This document shows, piece after piece, positions 48,045 through 56,216 of a DNA stretch of 64,000 bases. A program made the position numbers and the translations under genes. The DNA comes from Candidatus Latescibacterota bacterium (GTDB taxonomy: Bacteria; JAAXHH01), in contig JAJEHX010000029.1 in NCBI GenBank assembly GCA_022823465.1, positions 7,852 through 71,851 of the forward strand, read 5' to 3'. Within the stretch, counting starts at the first letter, position 1. The number at the start of each line of letters is the position of its first letter. Below the pieces are notes generated by a model. The model did not search any database and was not told the origin of the DNA. It saw nothing but the letters and a program-made list of their open reading frames with translations.

Positions 48045-48766
48045 ATGACGCGCTTGTACTTCATATTACGAAGAAGATAGAGCAGAACCGGCCAACCTCT
48101 CTGTAACATCGTTGACGAACGGAGACAGGCAATTACCCACATCATTACCTCACGTCGCCTGGAATTGGTCTCGATGGGGCCGCGACTGCTGGAAGCGTTG
48201 CTAGCCCGCAATCATGGGGCGGCGGAGAAGGTTGCCGGCTTTGAGATTCCCAGGGATCTCGTTCTCAGTGCTCGCACGCTGCGAAACCGATTAAGACAAC
48301 TCCAGGCTCGTCCAGAGGTACAACCCTGGTTGTTGCGGGCAATAGTCATTAAACAGGCACAGACTATGTGTGGTCGGATCGGTTTCCACTCCGAGCCTGG
48401 TCCCGAGGATCTGCGGAATGTAGCAGCAGATGGAGTAGAGCTCGGTTACGAAGTTGGTGAATCCTTCCGCAGACGGGGCATCGGCAAGGAAGCGGCGCTT
48501 GCGTTGATGAAATGGGCGTATGAAGAACATGGTCAGCGTTGTTTGTCCTATCTATTGACCCAGACAACATTCCATCTCTGTATATGGCTCGGTCGATGGG
48601 GTTTCGAGAAATAGGTTCACATATTGATGAAGAGGACGGTCTGGAATTGTACTTCGAGCGCCGACTGGGATGTTGGCCTGGCGAATGGGCATCATGGGAG
48701 TTCGTAGATGCCATCGAGAACGAAGATGGAGATCGTCAGAATGATCAAGCACTTTCCGGTGAATGA
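48045..48766 (+). pseudogene. GNAT-family N-acetyltransferase (RimJ/RimL-like) with an internal frameshift near 48535-48545
   Basis: Frame 1: ...ITSRRLELVSMGPRLLEALL...RIGFHSEP...ESFRRRGIGKEAALALMKWAYEEHGQR. The conserved C-terminal motif continues in another frame (...VLSIDPDNIPSLYMARSMGFREIGSHIDEEDGLELYFERR). The listed ORFs 48165..48614 and 48539..48766 are the two halves. Confidence 0.55.
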
Positions 48767-49191
48767 TCCGTAGATATACACCACGTCAAATACCTGTGCG
48801 GTTATTCTGCGCCGATGATCATGGCTTAGCCTTTGTGCAACTCTCGACTTTGATCCGGGTTAACCAGTCGATGCCCAGAATACGACAGCGAAGAGAAGAC
48901 CTGGCGTCATCTGAACTTCCTCGAGCACGTGAGATGTTGGCGCATCCCCAGCTATCTCTGGTTGAATGTCAAGACCAGTTGGTAATATTGGTTTTTTGAC
49001 ACAGATTCCAAGATTCGACTCTAAAAATCGACTAATCCCAATAAGCCATTTTCGGATCGTGTATCCGTTTGATATCGGGGCCTCCTGCGCCTGATTTCCC
49101 CGCATTGTGCGTCATGCCACGATCAGGTCGGGGACTATGCGATCGATTCATGCATCATATCAGAAGCGAGTCGAGGAACGCGACGACTACA

Positions 49192-49623
49192 ATGGGCAAA
49201 AACCAAAGTCAAAACCGGGTCGCTGTCTGGGGCGTTCCCGAAAACACTCGATGGTGGTTTACTGTTGTCTTTCTGGCCATCACGGTAGCAAGCCATGTTA
49301 TTCTCTGGAAATTCGGGGTTTACGCCTTTTCAATCGAGCTTGTCTTCGATTACATTATCAAGATCGGTGGATCATCGGTATTCGCCACGTTTACGATCAT
49401 AGAAGGAGTAGATTTCATGGGGTGGCTCTACGAATCCATAAAGCGACGACACAGGGAGGAGGGTCGCGCTGAAGGCCGCGAGGAGGGTCGGAGAGAACGA
49501 GACCAGGCATACAGGGAGTGGATCAGCAGGGAACAGGAGGCCGGCACGCTTGGCACGCCGAAGCAAAGTCCTCCGCCCTTTCTCGATGACGTTGTCTCGC
49601 AATCAGAACGAGGTTCGGCATAA
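49192..49623 (+). CDS. Small membrane protein, paralog B (144 aa) with a charged Arg/Glu-rich C-terminal tail
   Basis: MGKNQSQNRVAVWGVPENTRWWFTVVFLAITVASHVILWKFGVYAFSIELVFDYI... then ...RRHREEGRAEGREEGRRERDQAYREWISREQEAG. Confidence 0.45.
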   Translation: MGKNQSQNRVAVWGVPENTRWWFTVVFLAITVASHVILWKFGVYAFSIELVFDYIIKIGGSSVFATFTIIEGVDFMGWLYESIKRRHREEGRAEGREEGRRERDQAYREWISREQEAGTLGTPKQSPPPFLDDVVSQSERGSA

Positions 49624-49872
49624 GCCTGCATAGAAGCCATCAAGGCGGAGCTATCCGTTGTCGTCCAGCGAAAGTACCGATACCTGAGAATTGTCAATCA
49701 TCCGAGACCGGGTTGGAGTTTGAAGTGAGTCTTCCTACCGGTCTTCTCGCCAAAGCAGTAGCCGGGAGTCTGTAACATGTTTTGTGTAACTGGCGATAGC
49801 ATGTATCCTTGCTCAAATGGAGGAAATGCTATGGCCAGAGACAAACGAACCCTCAGAATGAGGAGATAACCA

Positions 49873-50109
49873 ATGGCTCGTTCAAAGAGGCCTGGCAAGG
49901 CTGCCGCAAGTAGAGCTGCGAAAACACTTCGGAATCCGAGGTCTACCCAAAAGGCCAAAACATCTGCCGCTAAAACGCTGGCAAATCGGTCGAGTAGTGG
50001 ACGAAAAGTAAAATCAGCGCCAAGATCAGGAAGTGTGGGACAAAGGGCAATTAAGAGGGCTGTCAATTCTGTGAGGTCCAAAAGGGGGAGCCAGTCCAAG
50101 AGGCGTTGA
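49873..50109 (+). CDS. Small highly basic Lys/Arg/Ala-rich protein (histone H1/Hc1/AlgP-like), 78 aa
   Basis: MARSKRPGKAAASRAAKTLRNPRSTQKAKTSAAKTLANRSSSGRKVKSAPRSG...; strong RBS GAGGAG 7 nt upstream. The opposite-strand ORF 49698..50099 is probably its complement artefact. Confidence 0.45.
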   Translation: MARSKRPGKAAASRAAKTLRNPRSTQKAKTSAAKTLANRSSSGRKVKSAPRSGSVGQRAIKRAVNSVRSKRGSQSKRR

Positions 50110-50112
50110 ATA

Positions 50113-50728
50113 ATGTCAAGTCCGTATACAAGTAATGTGTTTCTGAACTTCCCATTTGATGCTCAATATCTTTCGATTAGAAACGCGATTGTGTTTTCTG
50201 TCTTCGACTGCGGGTTTGTTCCCAGATGTGCTCTTGAAATCGATAATAGTGGTGAGGTAAGGTTTGATCGTATTCAGCGACTTATAAATGAATCCAAATT
50301 CGGGATTCATGATATTTCCAGAACTGAGCTGGATTCAGCCACTAAACTTCCCAGGTTTAACATGCCATTGGAATTGGGAGTGTTTATTGGCGCAAGACGA
50401 TATGGCAGTACGAAACAGAAACATAAAAACTGTCTGATACTGGATATCGAACAATACCGGTACCAGGCGTTCAGTTCATATCCGACATTGCAGGTCACGA
50501 TATTCGTGCTCATTCAAACGAACCAGAACAGGCAATCAATCATGTAAGGAATTGGTTGAACAGTGCATCCGGACGTAAAACCATACCAGGTGGCAGCGAA
50601 ATCCTGCGTCGTTTCACACAGTTCGAGGCCGAATTGCCAGACCTGTGTAAGGCAGTACCAATCGAATTAGACGAACTAACCTACAATGACTATTCGAATT
50701 TCGTTTCAGAATGGCTTGCCGCGAATTA
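50113..50728 (+). pseudogene. Low-GC (~40%) ORF with a weak TIR-like N-terminal signature, split across two reading frames near 50425-50460
   Basis: Frame 1: MSSPYTSNVFLNFPFDAQY...RIQRLINESKFGIHDISRTE...PLELGVFIGARRYGS (resembles the TIR DVFLSF...I..S...IvvlS pattern). Frame 3 continues as a clean protein: ...PGVQFISDIAGHDIRAHSNEPEQAINHVRNWLNSASGRKTIPGGSEILRRFTQFEAELPDLCKAVPIELDELTYNDYSNFVSEWLAAN*. Confidence 0.35.
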
Positions 50729-50819
50729 AGGTCACGATATCAATCCTCCCGCCCGATGCGACTCTTGCATATCACCCCAAACGCCTTGCGACAGTAGTAC
50801 TGAAGGAGGTACCGATAGG

Positions 50820-51410
50820 ATGCCGGTGCTCGTTCTGGTGAAGCATTCGTTACCGGAAATCGATCCTGCGGTTCCTTCGAGGGAATGGCCTTTGTCGGAG
50901 GAGGGTCGAGCCCGTTCCCGGACACTCGCCCAGAAACTGGGCCGGTATGATCTCGATATGATTGTCAGTAGCAACGAACCTAAAGCCGTAGAAACAGCCA
51001 GTATCTCGGCGCGCGGGTTGAATGTTCCGGTAGAAGTCGTCGAGGGGTTGCACGAACATGAACGTAGCAATGTCGGCTTCCTTGAAAAGGACCACTTCGA
51101 GCAGTCGATCGGCCGTTTCTACTCCCGACCGGCGGAACTGGTTTTCGGCGAGGAGACGGCGGATGCAGCGTACGACAGGTTTTCGAAGGCCGTCCATGGA
51201 GTATCGGACCGATTTTCACAGGCAACCCTGGCGCTCGTAACGCATGGGACTGTACTGAGCCTTTTCGTGAGCCGCATTTCGGGGTTGAAACCCTTTGCTA
51301 CGTGGAAGCAGTTGGGACTGCCATCTTTTATCGTCTTGTCCCGGCCCGGCTTCGGCGTGGCCGAGACTTGCTGGCGTGTCGAAGACGCGGGGCCTCGGGC
51401 CGTCGAGTAA
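50820..51410 (+). CDS. Histidine phosphatase (phosphoglycerate mutase-like) family protein
   Basis: LVLVKHSLPE (variant of the RHG motif) and second-His motif LALVTHGTVLSLFV; 196 aa. Confidence 0.65.
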   Translation: MPVLVLVKHSLPEIDPAVPSREWPLSEEGRARSRTLAQKLGRYDLDMIVSSNEPKAVETASISARGLNVPVEVVEGLHEHERSNVGFLEKDHFEQSIGRFYSRPAELVFGEETADAAYDRFSKAVHGVSDRFSQATLALVTHGTVLSLFVSRISGLKPFATWKQLGLPSFIVLSRPGFGVAETCWRVEDAGPRAVE

Positions 51411-51602
51411 ACACGTCGAGTAACAATTCGGCATGCGCCGCGCGCCGTTCGGCGTACTGGCCGTTGGAAACCCTCGACTTCGATCCGGGTGTTGCCAGCC
51501 TGCGAAACGCTAAGCGGTAGCCTTCGATACATTTGCGATACATTGCTGGTAGCCAGCGATACATTATTGAGACATCGCCGGTAAGGTAACAGGAGAAGAT
51601 CA

Positions 51603-52640
51603 ATGCCGCAGTTGGATCTCAGAAAGAAACCCATAGAGGAAGTGCGCGCCTTGCTTGAACGGCATAAAGGCCTTCTGCCGGTCGAGCTGCACTGCGACGC
51701 CCGCGAGATCACGTGGCTAGACTTTGGGGACATGCATCTGCGCGAGACCTTTCTCGAGATATCCGCGGAAGAGCTACTTGCTGACGATGCAAACGCATTG
51801 TCGGTGGTTACTGATCTCGATGTACTTGAGAGGTCTGATCTTTACTCGGACGCGCTTTCGCCAGCGGGATTCATCTTCCACGTCGGGCGATGTGGTTCGA
51901 CCCTGCTTGCCAAGGTATTGTCGAGATCGGATCGACACATCGTCATCAAAGAGGCGGAACCTGTACAGCAGGTGCTGGGCGTTGAATTCGAAGACGTAGT
52001 CAGAGATAAACGCTCCCTGTATTTTCAGTCCTTGCTCAACATGTATGGTCACAGGCGGCTGCCGGTACATGAACGATTTTTCGTCAAATTCTCAAGTAAT
52101 CACGTCAATCGACTGGCTTTGATCCGAAGCCTTTATCCGGGTGTGCCGTGGCTGTTCCTCTATCGCAATCCCTACGAGATCATTCCAACCTCGCTTGAGG
52201 GACCCGCGTGGTTTATCCGCAACAAAAACACTGCCGAGGGAGCCTTCGAAGCCGGTCTGCCGATTGAAGCTGTTGAACAGTTGAGCGATCTGGAATTCAG
52301 CGTGCAGGTTGAATCTTCCACCCTGCAGATCGCCATTGAAAATACCTGTGACCACTGTCTGTTCGTGGACTATACGCAGTTGAGGCCGGGCAACCTCCCC
52401 AGGATCCTCCGCTTCTTCGGACTCGATGTGACCGAAGAGGAGTATGACGAAATGGTTGCGCAGTTTGGAATCTACTCGAAAAGCGATGGGGAGTCCGTGC
52501 CGTTCGTGCCGGACAGTGCAACGAAGAGAGGTAAAGTGACTGATGAGATCAGGCAGGCCATAGAGGAGGAACTGTGGGGACTGTATCTGTCCCTCAGGAA
52601 CTCGGAACGTAACCTGGATCAGGTCTCCGGCGCCCCTTGA
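51603..52640 (+). CDS. Sulfotransferase family protein
   Basis: PAPS 5'-phosphosulfate-binding-type P-loop FHVGRCGSTLLAKVL plus downstream family-like features; 345 aa; lower GC. Confidence 0.55.
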   Translation: MPQLDLRKKPIEEVRALLERHKGLLPVELHCDAREITWLDFGDMHLRETFLEISAEELLADDANALSVVTDLDVLERSDLYSDALSPAGFIFHVGRCGSTLLAKVLSRSDRHIVIKEAEPVQQVLGVEFEDVVRDKRSLYFQSLLNMYGHRRLPVHERFFVKFSSNHVNRLALIRSLYPGVPWLFLYRNPYEIIPTSLEGPAWFIRNKNTAEGAFEAGLPIEAVEQLSDLEFSVQVESSTLQIAIENTCDHCLFVDYTQLRPGNLPRILRFFGLDVTEEEYDEMVAQFGIYSKSDGESVPFVPDSATKRGKVTDEIRQAIEEELWGLYLSLRNSERNLDQVSGAP

Positions 52641-52673
52641 GTGGAAGATGTATTTCTCTCGCCAAAAATGCTC

Positions 52674-53540
52674 TCAGTCTTCGAACCGTAGTTTCAACCC
52701 GTCATAAGCCACCCGGTAACCATGTTCCCGGGCGTATTCATCAAGCTCATCGTGCTCGAGGTTGCCCTCGTGGGACAGGTGCGTCGCATAGACCGTGCCG
52801 TTCTCTTTGAGCAATCCGGATTCGCGAAATCGACCTGCGTGGGCAATGACGTCCCGTGACGCCAGGTGGTCTCCCGGTCTTGAGTCAAACCCGATGCCAT
52901 AGGTGTGATCGAGAAGGACCGCGTCATACCGGGTACGTTGGCGTCGAAGGTGATCCCAGACCTCCTCGGACAGGACCGACGTGTCTGTACCATAGAAAAC
53001 GGCATGGTTGCCCTGTTCTATAGCGTAGAGCAGGTATCCCTGATCAAAACCGTGGTTGGCGGGATAACCGGTAACGCGGTAATTCCCCGCGGTGCAAGTC
53101 TCGAACGGCGCGAGAGACATCGGTTTCAACCGCAGTGCGGACTGCGGTCCCGGATCGAAGATGCTCCCGTATTCACTTGTACTGCGTACCATCTCATCGA
53201 CCGCGTTCAGCGTTTCACCGGAGCCGACAAGCAGCAGGTCTCCTGATACCACTGTGCCGTAATCGGCGTGTCTGGATATGATGTAGCCGGTATCCAGATG
53301 GTCTTCGTGGGGGTGCGTTTGAAGGCATAGGCCGATGCCGGCGAGTGAGAGACCGTACTCGAACGACGCCGAGGCAATATCAGGACCGATGTCCACCAGT
53401 GAATCGTCGTTGATCATCAGCGACGACCTCCGGCGCAGGTTCTTCCCTCCAACCCGTCTGGCACCAGTGCATACCTGGCAGGTGCAGAACGGGACCGGCA
53501 TCGATGGCGCCGCGGCGGTTCCGAGAAAAGTTATTCGCAT
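52674..53540 (-). CDS. MBL-fold metallo-hydrolase, PhnP-like phosphodiesterase
   Basis: MRITFLGTAAAPSMPVPFCTCQVCTGARRVGGKNLRRRSSLMI (PhnP-type Cys-rich N-terminus) and HxHxDH motif THPHEDHL. Confidence 0.7.
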   Translation of the reverse strand: MRITFLGTAAAPSMPVPFCTCQVCTGARRVGGKNLRRRSSLMINDDSLVDIGPDIASASFEYGLSLAGIGLCLQTHPHEDHLDTGYIISRHADYGTVVSGDLLLVGSGETLNAVDEMVRSTSEYGSIFDPGPQSALRLKPMSLAPFETCTAGNYRVTGYPANHGFDQGYLLYAIEQGNHAVFYGTDTSVLSEEVWDHLRRQRTRYDAVLLDHTYGIGFDSRPGDHLASRDVIAHAGRFRESGLLKENGTVYATHLSHEGNLEHDELDEYAREHGYRVAYDGLKLRFED

Positions 53541-53619
53541 TTATACAACCTGGAATGACGGGCTGGTATGACGCGACCAACGTGGTCGTACCCAATGCAT
53601 CATTGCCGTAACACCTGTA

Positions 53620-56025
53620 TCAGCCCTGCCTCAGCGCGTTAACCGGGTTCCTGCCTGCGGCGGCCAGCGCGTGCGCCCCGATCGTCAGCCAGGCGATGGC
53701 CAGGGCGACGATGCCTCCCGCTATAAACCACACGAAGTTGATTCCCGCCGCATAGGCATAGTTCTGCAGCCATTGCGCCATGGCGTAGTACGCCAACGGC
53801 CAGGCGATCGCATTGGCCAGCAGGACATACTTCATGAAGTCCTTCGAGAGCAGCAGGACGATGTCCGAAACGGCGGCGCCGAGTACCTTGCGGATTCCAA
53901 TCTCCCTGGTCCGCTGCTGGATCGAGAAGGAAGCCAGGCCAAGGAGACCCAGGCACGCCACGAAGATCGCGAGAAAGGCGAATACCGCGAAGACCGTACC
54001 CAGTTGTCGTTCGGCGCGGTAAAGGCTGTCAAAATCCTCGTCCAGAAACGTGTATGCCAGGGGATAGACGGAATCGACTTCCCGCCACGCCTCCTGAATC
54101 CGGGCGATGGTATCCGACAGGTTCTCCGGCCCGATTCGAATGAGTATGTCACTGAAGTCGTAGGGATAGTGTATGAAGACGATCGGTTCGATTTCCTCAT
54201 GAATCGATTGCAGGTGGAAATCCTCCATGACCCCCCGGACGCGTCCTTTCGTACCGCGGTACTCGATCCATTCCACGAGCATGCCGATCGCGTCGGGCGG
54301 AGCTTCCCAGCCCAGTTTACGGGCGGCGGTCTCGTTCAGTAGGATTACCATGGTGGTATCCCTGGCCAACTCGACCGGAAAGTTCCGGCCTGCCGCGAGG
54401 CCGATTTCCATGACCTCCAGGAACTGGTCATCTGAAGAGAACACGGACACGATCAGGTTGTCCTCGGGGCTCATCTCATCGGAACGGACGGCCATAATCC
54501 GCGGTGATTGTTCGCCCGGGACACCGTCGGTCGTCGCCATGCCGACCACGCCCGGCATTTGTGCGAGGCGTAGTCTCAGCAATTGGGTGCTTTCACGCTG
54601 AACCGCGCCGGTAATCGGGATCACCATGACATGCTCCTTGTTGAAACCGAGCCGCACGTCCTGGATGTACTCGAGCTGGTCGTAGATGACGGCGGTGCTG
54701 ACCAGCAGAAAGATGGACATAGAGAACTGGATCACCACCAGGGACCGCCGCAATCCCATACCTTCCGTACCTGACTTCAAACTCCCTTTCAGTACTTCGG
54801 TGGGCAGGAAACCCGACAGGTACACCGCGGGATAGCTTCCAGCCGCCACTGCAATCGCGAGCGTTCCCGCCGCGAGCGCTCCCAGCACCCAGCCTTCCGA
54901 TAGGGCAAAGTCCAGTTGCTTGCCAGCCAGTACGTTCACGCCGGGCAGGGCGAGTTGTACAAGCGCGACCGCGACGATCATGGCAAGTCCCGCCATGAGG
55001 ATGGCCTCACCCAGGAACTGCCCCAGCAATTGGGACCGGTTGGCCCCCATCACTTTACGCACACCCACCTCTCTGGCGCGCATGGCGGACCGTGCCGTGG
55101 CCAGGTTCACGAAGTTGATGCACGCGATGAGGGGAATCAGGAACGCGATAACCAGGAAGAGCACCACGTAGCGGAAATCCCCGTTGGGCTCGAGCTCGCT
55201 GTCCCGGTGCGAATGCAGATGAATGTCCACCAGAGGCTGCAGAGACGGTCTCAACACTTTGCTCGAATCGCGGAACCTGCCTGTTTTGTTTCGTTCCACG
55301 AAGGCGGGCAGTTGCGCTTCCAGGTCTTCCGGAGCGGCATTTTCATGTAGTCTGATGTAGGTATAACGGTTTTCGTGAAATTCCCAATCATCCAGGCTAT
55401 CCGGATAAAGGGCGTTCCTTGTTACAAGAGACAGGATCATATCCGGCCGCAAATGCGAATTGGCCGGGATGTTCCGCATGACGCCGGTCACCATAAAGTC
55501 CCAGACGTTGTCCCCTCTGAGGACCTTCCCCATGGGGTCCTCGCCGCCGAAGTACTTGAAGGCCATATCCTCCGAAATCACGATCGAATACGGTTCGGTC
55601 AGCGCGGTACGGGGATTGCCTGCGACAAGCGGAATGGAAAACATGTCCAGCAGAGCCGCATCCGCCCAGATGACCTTTTTCTCATAGTATCGTTTTTCTT
55701 CATGCATGATGAACCAGACTGAAGTCGTGCCTCGCACCCGGGCGAACAGCTCGATTTCAGGGAAATCCCGCTTAAGGGCGGGTCCCCATCCCGATGGCGA
55801 TCCCGCCGTCTGGACCGTCTGCCCGGCACTTTCTATATCATCGACGATCCGGTAAACCCGGTCGGCATGGGGATGATACCGATCGTAGCTCAACTCGTCC
55901 CAGACGTAGCGCAGGATCAGCATGCAGGCCGCCAGGCCGATCGCGAGCCCCGCGATGTTGATGAGCGTGTAGGCGGGATACCTGAGCAGGCTGCGTGTGG
56001 CTATGGTGAGGTAGTTTTGGAGCAT
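53620..56025 (-). CDS. ADOP-type orphan ABC permease, paralog 4
   Basis: 801 aa (MLQNYLTIATRSLLRYPAYTLINIAGLAIGLA...) with duplicated FtsX domains (...ATARSAMRAREVGVRKVMGA..., ...SIQQRTREIGIRKVLGAA...). Confidence 0.85.
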   Translation of the reverse strand: MLQNYLTIATRSLLRYPAYTLINIAGLAIGLAACMLILRYVWDELSYDRYHPHADRVYRIVDDIESAGQTVQTAGSPSGWGPALKRDFPEIELFARVRGTTSVWFIMHEEKRYYEKKVIWADAALLDMFSIPLVAGNPRTALTEPYSIVISEDMAFKYFGGEDPMGKVLRGDNVWDFMVTGVMRNIPANSHLRPDMILSLVTRNALYPDSLDDWEFHENRYTYIRLHENAAPEDLEAQLPAFVERNKTGRFRDSSKVLRPSLQPLVDIHLHSHRDSELEPNGDFRYVVLFLVIAFLIPLIACINFVNLATARSAMRAREVGVRKVMGANRSQLLGQFLGEAILMAGLAMIVAVALVQLALPGVNVLAGKQLDFALSEGWVLGALAAGTLAIAVAAGSYPAVYLSGFLPTEVLKGSLKSGTEGMGLRRSLVVIQFSMSIFLLVSTAVIYDQLEYIQDVRLGFNKEHVMVIPITGAVQRESTQLLRLRLAQMPGVVGMATTDGVPGEQSPRIMAVRSDEMSPEDNLIVSVFSSDDQFLEVMEIGLAAGRNFPVELARDTTMVILLNETAARKLGWEAPPDAIGMLVEWIEYRGTKGRVRGVMEDFHLQSIHEEIEPIVFIHYPYDFSDILIRIGPENLSDTIARIQEAWREVDSVYPLAYTFLDEDFDSLYRAERQLGTVFAVFAFLAIFVACLGLLGLASFSIQQRTREIGIRKVLGAAVSDIVLLLSKDFMKYVLLANAIAWPLAYYAMAQWLQNYAYAAGINFVWFIAGGIVALAIAWLTIGAHALAAAGRNPVNALRQG

Positions 56026-56216
56026 GATTGTCCTGGTATAGGAGGCCAGGTGCTGACCCGGAATGTAACGTGTTTATCATCGAATATACACCTTTTCCAT
56101 GGGTCAGTCGATTCAGTATCTTACGGTCAGTCGATTCAGTATCTTAGTCTAATTTGAAAATCCCTTGGGAAATTACTCGGCCACGAGTCTGACGATTGGA
56201 ATCCCGGTAAACAACG

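Noticed and set aside
47231-49357. DGR template/variable repeat pair
   Set aside because: Substitutions between the two ~105-bp copies are not adenine-specific and preserve the reading frame with conservative changes. No reverse transcriptase gene is present.
49698-50099. 133-aa hydrophobic ORF on the minus strand opposite the basic-protein gene
   Set aside because: It is the complement of a Lys/Ala/Arg-rich coding sequence (complement gives Leu/Ala/Phe-rich). The plus-strand gene has a strong RBS. Kept as an alternative only.
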